A stretch of DNA of 64,000 nt, from contig NIVC01001394.1 of the NCBI GenBank assembly GCA_002269645.1, positions 7,148-71,147 of the forward strand, read 5' to 3'. This document shows, in pieces, positions 34,351 to 47,035 of the stretch. How positions within the stretch are numbered: the stretch's first letter is position 1; each line of letters starts with the position of its first letter. This DNA is from Macrostomum lignano. Its lineage: Eukaryota. The notes below the pieces were generated by a model. It searched no databases. It was not told the origin of the DNA and saw nothing but the letters and a program-made list of their open reading frames with translations. Made by a program: the position numbers and the translations under genes.

Positions 34351-35696
34351 AGGGTACTGGTAGCGTACTGAAGCATACTGGTAGAAGTAGCTCTGAAAGA
34401 AGGCAAGTATGGTTGAATTTCAATGTCTGTTATAAAATTCTGCACAAACATGTTTTATTGGTACATAAGCCTGGAATTAAAATGAGAATTCGATTCCTAG
34501 CCCCCCTCCCTAAGAATTTTTTTTCATTTAAAAGGATTCGTCCCTTGCTTATTGGCCACCCCGAAGGCCATTTTTTATCAAAAATGATAAAAATAATTTT
34601 TATCAAACACGTTGACATATACAGGGCTCTAAACTAAAAACTGTAAAAAGTTGATAGTTTTGTTTTACCTAAAATGCGTTATTAACGATCTCCAAAAATT
34701 CCTATTTTAAGTTTAAGCTTAAGAAAAACACTTAAAGTACTCCTGCTAAGAGGTATATTATATTAGACGAATATTAATTATTTCTGCTCCCCGAAGGGGG
34801 GCAAAACTTTAGCTAGTCACATTGTCTAAATTCTTAACCAGCCGTTTCACAACGCCGAGGTGCACTGGAAAGACTCTCGGGATACTTCACGAAGCCGAAG
34901 CAAAATTTTGGCACTTCCCATTCCTCAATCTTCGCATTTTCTTCGTTTTCATTTCCAAAAGTTGCTAAGCAAATTGCATGTAAAACTTTTTGAAGCACCA
35001 TGAAGTAAAAATTAGTTAGCTTTAACATTGAATAAAGAAATGAATTATTAGCTCAACAATGATTACCTAGTTCAGCGCATAAAATAATTATTCCTCTTGC
35101 AACTCTGAAGTCTAGCTCACTGATTATGTTAGGTTCCATACATGTACAACCATATTTCAGCCATTCAGGTTTGTGAAGTCTCGTATCTCTCCAGAGCAAT
35201 TCGACGCGAAACAACCCCACGCAAGCTGATGCAAGCAAATATAAAAAAAACAGCTTTTACTTTAATAAACTATCGCGTAAATGACAGTTGCTGCGTCATT
35301 TGATTTCACCTCATGGAGAATTTCCAAAAACAGAAACAAATAGTCATCAATTGCATTTTACGCCTTATAAAGTTATCTACTCAACATATCGGGCCAACTA
35401 GAATTTTGTCTTGCAGTGAAGAATTTAATTTAAAATTATTGGGCAAATGAATTAATTTTATCTTACTATTACCAAAATTTCGGAAAATTGTATTCCTAGC
35501 CATTTATTTACATATATGTGGTAGGTACAACTGTAGTATAAAAGTACTCAGTACAATGCTCTCTTAAAAAATTTCTTGACCTCCCGTCATAAAAAATTGA
35601 TTGAATTGTTCGTTAGACGGTAACTATAGTGAACGTAAAATTGTAATGGATGTGAAAAATGATGTAAAAAACCCGTCATGGGCCGCTTATTTAGCT

Positions 35697-35769
35697 AGGT
35701 CCCACCGAGATTCGAACTCGGGTCGCTGGATTCAAAGTCCAGTGTGTTAAACCACTACACCATGGGACC
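35697..35769 (-). tRNA. trnQ-UUG: tRNA-Gln (anticodon UUG)
   Basis: GGTCCCA-TG-GTGT-AGTGGTTTA-ACAC-A-CTGGA-CT-TTG-AA-TCCAG-CGAC-CCGAG-TTCGAAT-CTCGG-TGGGACC-T: all four stems pair perfectly; T5 terminator about 25 nt downstream. Confidence 0.95.
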
Positions 35770-36556
35770 CCGATCAAATGGCAGAGAAGCTGTGTATTAT
35801 AACCCTATTCATACCGTTTTCGGCAATCGAAGCCAATGCGCATCATTTAATTATTTCTAGTTGCAACTTGCAAGAACAAGAAGCCTTAGTAACTACCACA
35901 ATTAAATTTCGACGTAATGTGCATAATGAATTATTTAACTCTGTATCAGCTATAACATTATATTAGACTTAGACTTAGAGTTAAGACGGCAGTTAGCGTT
36001 AACCGTTAGATTTAATTTTTAATTAATACATATTTTGATTATTAGCAGTAGTAACAAAAACAATAAGCTAATTCATTACAATATATTTTGCGTGAATAGC
36101 TCAAATTTAGATAGAAAAAAAATGAAAGCAATATATTATATGAAAAACTACACTAACTGACTAACATCAGACAATCGATTTAAAATAATTAAGAGGTTCC
36201 ATGATTTCATGACAAAACGAACAGCTAAAGCAGACTTAAAGAATAAGCTTGCTTATGAAATTAAATAAATTTAAGTAGAAGTATTTACCGATTAGACGAT
36301 CTTTTTATATCTTTCCAATCAAATTTCGGAATAAAACACTTTATACTTGCTGAAAGTAGCGTCAAAGCGAATTACTGACAAAATACGACCAAATTAAAAA
36401 AGCAAATTTGCACCAAGAAAAAAACATTTTTTACAAACAAAGTTGGTAAAATGCGCATAATTTTAAATTTTCTCCATCTATTATACACTGAAGTAATACA
36501 GAGTAAATTTGTTAATACAGTGAGAATACAGTGGGAAACTTTTTGTTAATTATCTT

Positions 36557-36895
36557 TCATTCTTTCTTACTGCGAGATTTTTTAATATTTGCATCTCGGC
36601 GCTGTTTCCGCTTCTGGTCTTTGTTTCGCTGTTCAATCTCCTTAGCCAACTTGTAGGCGCATATTGCACTGAGAATCAGCAATGGAGACATCACTATTAG
36701 CACATAGTAAACAAATGTAGTAGGATTATTTGCTGCATACACAAGCAGCATGGCCAGGTGCTTCTTGATCCAGCCACCCCAAGTGCCATCATCAATAGCA
36801 TCAATCATCTGGTCAACACCTGGCTGAGAGACCTTGTCTGATGCGAAATTGTCTCCATCTGCTGCTGAATTTGATGGGTCAGCACTACTAGCCAT
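36557..36895 (-). CDS. smim15: Small integral membrane protein 15 homologue, 112 aa, with acidic N-terminal extension
   Basis: YAANNPTTFVYYVLIVMSPLLILSAICAYKLAKEIEQRNKDQKRKQRRDANIKKSRSKKE aligns with the recalled SMIM15 pattern [52 protein letters not shown]. Confidence 0.85.
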   Translation of the reverse strand: MASSADPSNSAADGDNFASDKVSQPGVDQMIDAIDDGTWGGWIKKHLAMLLVYAANNPTTFVYYVLIVMSPLLILSAICAYKLAKEIEQRNKDQKRKQRRDANIKKSRSKKE

Positions 36896-37011
36896 TTGCT
36901 GAAATGATTGGGATCAATATTAATAATATTTAATTTGGAAATTTTGGAAAAAAATTCAGCAAGTCTACAATTAACAAAAAATATGCATATTTAACATTAT
37001 ATATACAAGCT

Positions 37012-38778
37012 AAGGGCTGTCCAAAAATTAGTGTTACTTTTCACTATATCTCTTGTTCTGCTGATCCAAATAACATCATTTTGCAAAGATTTATAGCAGC
37101 AACTATCTTCTTTATAATCCATAGAAATAAAGACTTTCCGTGACAATATTTGCGTTCTCCGGGATTTTATTTGGTAATATTCAATAATATCCCATAAAGT
37201 CTTTATGTCTATGGTTTATACGAGATTACACATGCCTTTTTCGGGAGTTATTTTCATAAATCCCTCGGGCCTCAGGCCCTCATGATTTATACAAATAACT
37301 CCCTCAAAAGGCATGTTTAATCTGATACATGTTAACTTTAACTTTATAAAAAGTTATAAACTTAAATGTAGCAGGACCTTGACCATAGACTTACAGTAGT
37401 TCAACAAGTTAGTGGAAAGTAGCAAAAGTACTTTTGATAGAATGCACTCAGACTTCTTTGTTAGGCTACTGTGACAAAAAGATATCTATGGAAAATTAGA
37501 GAAGCATATTTTGTTGAAGCAACAGAATATTTTAAACTGGGCTTCAACTATAGTACTGTTTGTTCCCTCTTTTTGCTATGCAAAAATTCCTAGATGTGCA
37601 TTCAAGTGTTGCTCAAAGGAGTATGATATATACCCTTTAGGGGACGTGGGGACAGTTGAGTCAAGATTCATGCTCAACTTTCATAGGCTCATGGGTCTTT
37701 TGCAGTCATTTACTGTGGCCAGTTGCTTACTTACTGTAAGTCTATTGTTGAGGTCCTACTACATTTTAGTTTATAACTTTTGTTTCCATTGTCTGTTTTT
37801 AATGATGTTAAAGTTAACATAAAGAAGAGAGTTGCCACCATAAATCTGTGCAAAATGATGTTATTTGTGAGGTAGGGCGCATAGTAATTACTCGTTTCTG
37901 TCTATTTCTTAGAAGAGCCGATTTCAAATTCGCGCTAAAACTTTGTTTTAATTTGGTGAGTTGCAAAAATATTTTCGCGATTAATATTTGTTATAAACTG
38001 TAATGATTTCTACTATAAATAGAAGCTCTGAGTGGGCCAGGAGGACTAACTCGGACAACTTGCCCAGCTCATTCAACTTGTTCGTTCGTGTGCTTAACAA
38101 AAAGCTAAAACTGACGAGAAGAATCGAAAATTGACTTGTTCATTTCTTAGAGTATAAGAACCCCAATTGGGAGAGTCAGAAATCTGCTAAAAGCGAGAAA
38201 CGCCTCAGGGCGGAAGAATCGCTTCAGAGCAGGAATATTCGCCTCAGGGCAGAAGAATTGCTTCAGAGCAGGAATAAACACCTCAGGGCAGGGATTTCGC
38301 TTTAGAGCTGTGACCCTCTGATCCCGGGAACGCCAGGACTGAGAGAATAATATTTTTAGGGAAGTATAGGAATAGAATAGACAGTGCCGATAGACCGCTC
38401 AGGCCAGAAGGTACAATAACAGTACATACGCTACCAATAACAGTACATACGCTACCAATAGAAGTACAGACGCTACCAATAGAAGTACATGCGCTACGAG
38501 TAAAGGGCAAGTAATAACCAGCAATATTAACAAGAAGGAATAAATAAGAGCCCTGGGACAGCTTTTGGTGGCATTGTGAGATTATTAATAGAGGCAGAAG
38601 TAACCCCTAGGACAACTTTGGTGACTTAGCGATAGGATTTTGTATCGTACGGGAACACCCCTACGTCAACTTTGGTGTCAGCGGTTGAAATTGTATAGAG
38701 AGACGGAGCCCTACGTCATTTGGATCAGCAGAACAAGAGATTTAGTGAAAAGTAATACTACTATTTGGACAGCCCTCA
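37012..38778. mobile_element. Putative non-autonomous DNA transposon bounded by ~60-bp inverted repeats (mariner-like ends)
   Basis: AGGGCTGTCCAAAAATTAGTGTTACTTTTCACTATATCTCTTGTTCTGCTGATCCAAAT (from 37013) is the near reverse complement of ATTTGGATCAGCAGAACAAGAGATTTAGTGAAAAGTAATACTACTATTTGGACAGCCCT (to 38776). TA at both outer ends; the extreme termini are imperfect. Confidence 0.6.
37223..37323. repeat. ~100-bp palindrome (about 40-bp arms) with GC-rich CCCTCGGGCCTCAGGCCCTC centre
   Basis: Left arm AGATTACACATGCCTTTTTCGGGAGTTATTTTCATAAATC; right arm GATTTATACAAATAACTCCCTCAAAAGGCATGTTTAATCT. Confidence 0.85.
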
Positions 38779-41084
38779 TATATATTATATTCTAATAAAT
38801 TAGTGATTAACCTAAAACCAACCTGTCCTTCAATGTCCCAATGACAATTATTTATTATAATCAAATGTCTAACTTATAGCTATATTCTTCAAGTACATTA
38901 GGTAGGCTGCTAGTATATAATTATATTTGATCAAAATGTTCAAATTCTTATAACATTATGCCAAGCATGCCAACCCTATTAGCTTTCATCTATGTAGCTG
39001 ATATTATACCAACCTATATATCAAACAAAGATGAATAGCTAGAATACTAAATTCAGGAATCTTAGCATAAAGATAATATTTTAAATCAGGGATTGCCAAA
39101 CTTTTTATTTAAGTTCCAAATAGAAAAACTAGGGGCCTAGAGTATGACAATGGTCTAGAAAAGGGAAGAGAGAAGAAGGAATAGAGACAAAGAAGAGAGA
39201 TAGCAGAAAAGAGGCAACAAAAATAAGGAGAGAAGAGAAGATAGAAGAAAGAGAGAAGAAAAAAGAAAAGAAAAAAGAAAAGAAGAAAGTAAAGGAGAGG
39301 AAAAGAGATTAGAAAGAAGGGAGCTGAAAAGAGACATAAGCCTTGACTTAGCTATATTGCTAGGGCCTATTGTGAAATTTCAAAGGACTCTAAGACCATA
39401 TAGGCTTTAAGGCTTTGTAGACTATGGACAATTACTTATAGGTGCACTTTTCAATTAATTTTTCAAGTTTATTTTACTTTAGAAAAATAAAATATATAAA
39501 ATTCTAGATTATTTAAAGATAAAAAACTAAGGATAGTTGCAATCTTTATCAAATTGAGGATCTAGGATTGACTAGGAAGGTAGTTGGAAGTCTTTTAAAA
39601 GCTTACTGGAAAAATAAGTAGAGCTTAATACTTGTTTTATTTACATAAGTCAATTGTTTGCCTTATTCTAATAGTTCTCAAACTAAATATTTAATTAGAA
39701 ACAGTTTCTAATTTTAAAACAGATAGGCCTTATATACTATTAACTAACATTTACATTTACAAACCTCAAACTTGATTGACCTGGCAATATCTTTGGACTT
39801 GTTTCACTTTTTTTCACTTCAAGACAGAAATTTGAATGGCAACCACAAGCAAATAATACATTATATATCATATATCATATAATACATGCCCAATACCTGA
39901 CCATAATGGCCGCCAGCTAAGGTAAGTCTCAAAATTGAAAAACACGAAAAATGAAAAATTGGGGGAAAAAGGAGAGAAAGAGAAAAGGAAAAGAAAGGAA
40001 GGAGAAGAAAGAGAGGGGAAAGAGGAAAGAGAAAGAAGAGTAAAAGGCAAAAAAGTCATATTACAAAGTGAAAATTAAGTTGCAATTGAGAGGAACTAAG
40101 TCACAATTGGGAAAAACAAAGTTGCAAAGTTGCACTGGATAGGTGAAATTTTGAGGTTGGGCATGATATCATATATTGCCATTTTTAAAATCTTATATGA
40201 CATATATACATAGCTTGCTACTTGGCTTAGTAATCTGTATCCCCATTCAAAATTTTATAGATTTGCAACTGCCAAAACTCTAGCCATTGAAATAAAAATG
40301 AGAAAGATTTTTTACATTAAATATTTTGTGTTTAGGGAATCTTTTTAAGCTGCATATTGTTATGTCTCAATGTCTCATATTTGTTATAATATGATTTCTA
40401 ATGCATTTTTATGCAATTTTCCATTTTTAGATCTAGATTGATGGGCAAAGATGAGAATTTTTACTTTCTTTTAGTTTTTAGTAAAGTTGGGAAAAATTGA
40501 ATAGCCCATTTGACATCTTGTTATAGGGTTATACTGAATTTGTCAATATCTAATTTGTCAACAGACCTAAAATTTAAGAAATTGAAGGAAATCAAATTTG
40601 TCAACAGTTAGAAAGCTGAGCGAATTCGTCAACAACAAGACAGACTTACTAAAAGTTTATTGCTTGAAGCAATAACCATAATTTTTTTTATTCAATGAGC
40701 AAAATATTGCCAAAGACTTCAATAAGACTTCATGAGTACTCATTCTAAATGCTATTGTGCATACACAACACAACTCAAATCTATTGAATTGGGCAATCAA
40801 TGCTAAGTATATAATATATGTACTACATTCTATTTAGTTGAGTATCCAGATGCAAGTATATCAAGAACTAGTCTATTGGGTGTTTGTGTGCTGCATATGC
40901 TTCATTATAGTTTATTGCACCTTTAGAGTGAAGCAGGTCATTTTAATTCTATTTTTATTCCAAGTTTGTTATCTCTTTAACTATTCACAAAGTATGACTT
41001 TAGATTTTAAAATGTATACAAAGTTCCAGGGATTTATTGCAATTCACTGAATTTAGCAGATTTAAAATCCACATACATACGAAG

Positions 41085-41270
41085 AGCTTGCGTGTACAGC
41101 AGCCATTCATGCAAGCTCAGAATTGCGTGCACAGCAGACATTCACGTAAGCTCAGAATTGCGTGCACGGCAACCATTCACGTAAGCTCAGAATTGCGTGC
41201 ACAGCAGCCATTCACGTAAGCTCAGAATTGCGTGCACGGCAGCCATTCATGTAAGCTCAGAATTGTGTAC
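41085..41270. repeat. 35-bp tandem repeat (GTGCACAGCAGCCATTCACGTAAGCTCAGAATTGC) x5
   Basis: Period 35 (41121/41156); inverted diverged counterpart at 48074-48170. Confidence 0.9.
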
Positions 41271-42236
41271 ACGACATTGAATGAAATGTGCTACACACAG
41301 TTTACCAATTTATGATTGGTCTGTGAAGCTGAAAGCCTGAAACCCCTCTTTTAATTGCTGCAATATATCACGACGACAGCATATACGTCATGATGTACAA
41401 TGTACATATCATGCACATGTAGATATACGACATAGTTATACGTCTACTAGGTATGTCTGAGTATTGCCATATTAAGATTTCCTTTTTCTTGTATGTTTTA
41501 GTATTCCAAGTGTATAATACTTCATATTGAGATATATCTTCCGAGTCTGAGTTCTAAAAAGGACAAAGTAAAATTAATTGATTTGTGCCAGCATATAATC
41601 GAAAGGCTAAATGCTGAATATTCAAATTTTTGTCGGCAGACAATCTAACCTCATTCATTCAACATTGATTGACATGAAAAATTGTCCTGTGGCAGTGCAT
41701 GCACAGACACGTTTATGAGAGAGCTATAGTAGGGTGCATTCGAACTTGCATGCAGGCTCCAGCATGCGTTGCACAGGGTGACTCCTACCCAACTAGATGT
41801 GTCTGCAGTGGCAGATGACTCACGTCACTGTTTGTGCACCCCCCTTTATGCCTGGCTTCCTATTATACAGTGTAATGGTATAAGAATTTTGTTTGACAAA
41901 TAAACTATGTACCCTTAAGCTCTCTTGCACCATTTCTCTTGCAAGCCTCTTGTTCTGTTGTTGAATTAATGAACGCAAAAACAAGATAGATAATTATCCA
42001 GGTGCTCAGTGGCACCAAAAGAGGGCTTGGCCAATAGGAGGGCAGCTTATATATTTATGCACACAGGGAAAGAAAGTTCTAGAAAGACCAGGGAAGGAAA
42101 CTTCTGGAACTATGCGTAAACAAGTCTGCGGTGGAAGTTTCTAGAAACGCTGTCCCCGAACTACCCCTACGCATTGCATGCCTTTGCAATACACAACACC
42201 TCTAATAATTGTTCACTAATATTTTGTTCTCGTCTG

Positions 42237-45103
42237 CAGGGTTTTTTTTGTGCGCAGAGTGTGCGTATGCACCCTAAATTTTAAAATCGCACCCTGAAAT
42301 TAAAAAAGTAGGTGCGGTTTAGGTGCGGTCTTATAACCATTTTTCTTTAAAGGCTTAACCATGCTTAAGCTATTTTTTATGCACTGCCTTAAAATATGAA
42401 ACAAAATAACTCTTTAAATCCTATTAAGTCATATAGGCGATATAGCCTATAGCTATAGCCTTATGTAAGATATTAAAATATACATTCCCAGTTGTCTGAA
42501 ATGTGAGCAATGTGAGGGTTTCACGAGAGATATTCAGACAAAGGCTCCCTAAAACACGCCCCGCACCGGGCCCCGAACTGCTACACATTATAACATTTTT
42601 TGTCAATGCAGTATTTGATTGCAAGGAAAAGTTAAAATAGTAATGGAATGAATATCTTTATTTATTTTTTTAAATATTATTATTTTTTATATTCTCGTTT
42701 TCATTATTTAATTATAATATTATTATTTTATTAATATTATTATTAATATCACTTATTGTTCACCGAATTTTATATTTCAAAGTAAAAAAACTAAATTTAA
42801 TAAAAACTTGAAGCTTAACAGAAAACGCATTCTGAAGTGTCTTTAGTTATAGTCCAATTTGTTTTAATGTGTAGCGCTGCAGGGCGGTGCGGGGCGTGTT
42901 TTAGGGAGACCCATTCAGACAGACATTCAAAATGATTGTCTGTAACTTCAAACAAAATTGACCCGCTTCAACCATCTTTTTGGCAAATATTTACGCAGGT
43001 GTTGGGCGTCGAATAAGCTTTAATTTATTAACTGAAGTAAAAATCCTTCTGACATACATTGATTTAAAAATTGCTTAGCAACACTAGCTCTGATTAGAAA
43101 TTGCTTTACTGTTGACTAAAATTGTTTTGATCGTAGCAGCCTAAAAGCAGATACTGGATTTAAAAATGCTTCGATTTACTCTATACGCATGTCTCAGCTT
43201 TAAAATGACACCTCAGGCGTCGCAAAAGACAGCTTTGATGCTGAGATATTCGACACTAAACATGCATTGCTTTGCGCAATCTCACATTCAGAAATTTCAC
43301 TGATTTTTTGTCGATATTTGTGCAGTTGCCGTGTCCTTGTTTTTCATCAGAATCTTGTCAAATTCTAGTCATGTCTATACGCATGTCTCAGCTTTAAAAT
43401 GACACCTCAGGCATTGCAAAAGACAGCTTTGATGCTGAGATATTTGACACTAAACATTGCTTTGCTCAAACTCACATTCGGAAACTTCACTGATTTTTAT
43501 TCAATATTTGTTCAGATGCTTGTCTACTTCTCCATTTATTAACCATCACATGGAGCCTTGCTAACGTACAAGTGTATGTAGTTACAGTAAATGGGGTTTT
43601 TGTGACTCACTTAAACTTGTTTACGCATTCTGCAGCTATTCGCCGCCTTTCATTGGAGTGATTCATGGAGTCCAGTTGATAAATTTCCACAAATTGGACT
43701 GCTTCTACGTCAGATCTCAACATTTGGAACCGTCCTTGAACTATTTCAGAGTTAAGTGAGCTAATGGCATCAAATGGAAGGCTAGTGCTCGTACTTGTAA
43801 GCGAAGCAGGTTCACAATTGAAATGGTTGTATTCATGGCCATGGGATCTAAACTGATCTGTTTTACTTTCACGATCGCTTTGGTCTCAGAAGGAGCAGCA
43901 GTTGATGGACTGAGGTGAGAAGAAGATGTGTCACGACTTGAGCTGTTTTTAGAAAATATCTTTATCCAATTAAATATTTTCATGCGGCTCCTTAGGTTGT
44001 TCCGAATTCCGAGTCTAGAAGTCAAGACAGAAAAAAAGTTAAGAACTGCTACTGTAGTCCGTAGGGATTGGAAAGCTTAGCAGTACATTAGAAATCGCCA
44101 GTTCAATCTAAAAAGTTTGAAGTACATATAGCTATTGGGTTGCAACAACAGTAGAAAAAATTCTTCCTTTTTATTTTATTCCCACCGCTTACCTCATTCC
44201 GATTTGGATAGCAGAATTGCCACGCAAAAAAAGTAAAAACATAACAATAAACTATTTGCTTCATATTAATTGCCACTGACTGTTAATAAACGCGACGTCA
44301 ATTTCTCTCAATAACAGTTGGAACATGTTTCTCGTACACTCGTATATTTATTTGAACCACAAAGCGGTGAAAAAGTCATGATTGGTTGCCATATGTACAA
44401 ATGTACACTCACAGACTCACTGACTCAGGTACAATCTATGCAATATAAAGGCAGGAATCATTAAAAATCAAATACTTAAGACAGTTTAAGAGAAGTCCAG
44501 GTTTAAACTGGACATGACTAGAATTTGACAAGTTTCTGATGAAAAACAAGGACACGGCAACTGCACAAATATCGACAAAAAATCAGTGAAATTTCTGAAT
44601 GTGAGATTGCGCAAAGCAATGCATGTTTAGTGTCGAATATCTCAGCATCAAAGCTGTCTTTTGCGACGCCTGAGGTGTCATTTTAAAGCTGAGACATGCG
44701 TATAGAGTAAATCGAAGCATTTTTAAATCCAGTATCTGCTTTTAGGCTGCTACGATCAAAACAATTTTAGTCAACAGTAAAGCGATTTCTAATCAGAGCT
44801 AGTGTTGCTAAGCAATTTTTAAATCAATGTATATCAGAAGGATTTTTACTTCAGTTAATAAATTAAAGCTTATTCGATGCCCAACACTTGCGTAAGTATT
44901 TGCCAAAAAGATGGTTGAAGCGGGTCAATTTTGTTTAAAGTTACAGACGATCGTTTCGAATGTCTGTCTGAATATCTCTCGTGAAACCCTCACATTCTAA
45001 ACAAGACTCAAGAGAAATTGCACTCTGAGCCTTAAAATTGCACCTTGAAATTTGGCACAAGGTGCGATTTCGCACCTTATCTCTGGCGAAAAAAAAAACC
45101 CAG
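42237..45103. mobile_element. Non-autonomous hAT-type element (2867 bp) with 8-bp TSD and long internal inverted arms
   Basis: TSD CTCGTCTG at 42229-42236 and 45104-45111. Termini CAGGGTTTTTTT and AAAAAAACCCAG. Internal arms ~42505-43375 and ~44512-44997 are reverse complements once the nested MITE is removed. Confidence 0.85.
42541..42912. mobile_element. Merlin-like MITE copy 1 (372 bp), 9-bp TSD
   Basis: TSD ATTCAGACA at 42532-42540 and 42913-42921. TIR ...CTCCCTAAAACACGCCCCGCACC / GGTGCGGGGCGTGTTTTAGGGAGACCC. An empty site with a single ATTCAGACA is present in the opposite hAT arm near 44965. Confidence 0.88.
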
Positions 45104-46060
45104 CTCGTCTGTCAGCGCAGGTTACATACTTTTTATGCTGAAAAACATCCTTTATATAAATGATAGAAAAAGGCAAAACATTTAATACGAAATTAAGGTG
45201 TACTATATAACGTATGAGTACACTATACTTACCAAGACAACGTAACTTGCAATGCGAGGGAGTCTGAAGGATTATTAACATTTAACACCCATCATCTGGC
45301 TTGAAGAGGAGGGGGGTTGGATTATGACTATATATATGTAACCATTCATGTTTTTGGCAATCAAGCCTCACACTTCCTTCTTTTTTCGCCTCACCATCAT
45401 CTGAACAGCAAAGTGCCACGCTTAATTGTGTGCATGACAGCCCTACACTCTTTAATTCTTTGCTCTACAGCCCGACCACATTCTACTTCTGTCAGTTAGG
45501 CAGCCTAAGAGTGCGCCTCTAGCTGGTTAAGAGTGGTCTAGATAGGTGACCAAATTGTCAAAGTCATTATAATATTGAATACTTAGATGTAATATAGATA
45601 AATGTCGTAATACTGTACATGCATGCCATGATATGCATCAGCAATTAAAAGAGAGGTTTCAGGCTTTCAGCTTCATAGATCAATCATAAATCGGTAAACT
45701 GTGTGTAGCACATTTCATTTCAAGCAAACTTTAGAACCAGCTAAAACCAGTTAATTTTAACTTAAAGCACAATAATGCATGCATGCATCATCATATATGC
45801 TATATGAGCTGAATTGAAGAAATAAAGTTTCCCGGGCAGCAAAATTAAAAAAATGGCCGGAACCTGGAATGAAAAGTTTGCATTCCTACATTCAGGAAGT
45901 TAGAAACGCATGCTGTGGGCACAATTCGGACTTCTTCAAGTTTATGTTGATAAAATAGTTTCAATTTGGATAGGATCATAATTTTGTCTCTATAGGGGTT
46001 TTTGATGGTGCTGATTTCAAATTTGAGCTCCATTTTTAGGTAGCTTTAACCCAAATATAT

Positions 46061-47035
46061 GTAGCTTAAAACCAACCACCGGGGCATGGGGAATGGGGGG
46101 TTTTAGGGTGGGGAGATTCTTCATAGGGATTGATTTTATCAACATAAACTTGAATAGAGGCATAGAGACCTATTCAAGATTGTGCTGATAAATTCCAATT
46201 CTAATAGGGGGGGGTTGTAGCTTAAAACCAACCACCGGGGCATGGGGAATGGGGGGGGTTTAGGGTGGGGAGATTCTTCATGGGGATTGATTTTATCAAC
46301 ATAAACTTGAATAGAGGCATAGAGACCTATTCAAGATTGTGCTGATAAATTCCAATTCTAATAGGGGGGGGGGGGGGTTGTAGCTTAAAACCAACCACCG
46401 GGGCATGGGGAATGGGGGGGTTTAGGGTGGGGAGATTCTTCATGGGGATTGATTTTATCAACATAAACTTGAATAGAGGCATAGAGACCTATTCAAGATT
46501 GTGCTGATAAATTCCAATTCTAATAGGGGGGGGGGGTTGTAGCTTAAAACCAACCACCGGGGCATGGGGAATGGGAGGGGGGGTTTAGGGTGGGGAGATT
46601 CTTCATGGGGATTGATTTTATCAACATAAACTTGAATAGAGGCATAGAGACCTATTCAAGATTGTGCTGATAAATTCCAATTCTAATAGGGGGGGGGGGT
46701 TGTAGCTTAAAACCAACCACCGGGGCATGGGGAATGGGGGGGGGGGGGTTTAGGGTGGGGAGATTCTTCATGGGGATTGATTTTATCAACATAAACTTGA
46801 ATAGAGGCATAGAGACCTATTCAAGATTGTGCTGATAAATTCCAATTCTAATAGGGGGGGGGGGGGGGGTTGTAGCTTAAAACCAACCACCGGGGCATGG
46901 GGAATGGGGGGGGTTTAGGGTGGGGAGATTCTTCATGGGGATTGATTTTATCAACATAAACTTGAATAGAGGCATAGAGACCTATTCAAGATTGTGCTGA
47001 TAAATTCCAATTCTAATAGGGGGGGGGGGGGTTGA
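46061..47035. repeat. Six tandem ~156-171 bp units inside the Merlin-like element
   Basis: Units start near 46061, 46217, 46380, 46539, 46702 and 46872; differences are almost confined to poly-G run lengths. Confidence 0.95.

Larger units (their letters stand above)
28260..34816 (+). mobile_element. Putative Helitron unit C (different family) carrying several satellites
   Basis: Starts flush at the A3 end with TAATATACTAAAAATG...AACGGCTCAACCGATTTTC, resembling 5' modules of non-autonomous animal Helitrons. Candidate 3' end: GCTCCCC-GAA-GGGGGGC hairpin (34786-34802) plus CTAG (34813-34816) followed by T. That the two ends belong to one element is inferred. Confidence 0.55.

Noticed and set aside
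34834-35238. Short minus-strand ORFs after the Helitron C end
   Set aside because: No recognisable homology or consistent splice structure.
37999-38500. Possible solo LTR (TGT start, TATAAA, AATAAA, short 21- and ~35-bp repeats)
   Set aside because: No matching CA end, TSD, PBS or PPT could be identified; not listed as a feature.
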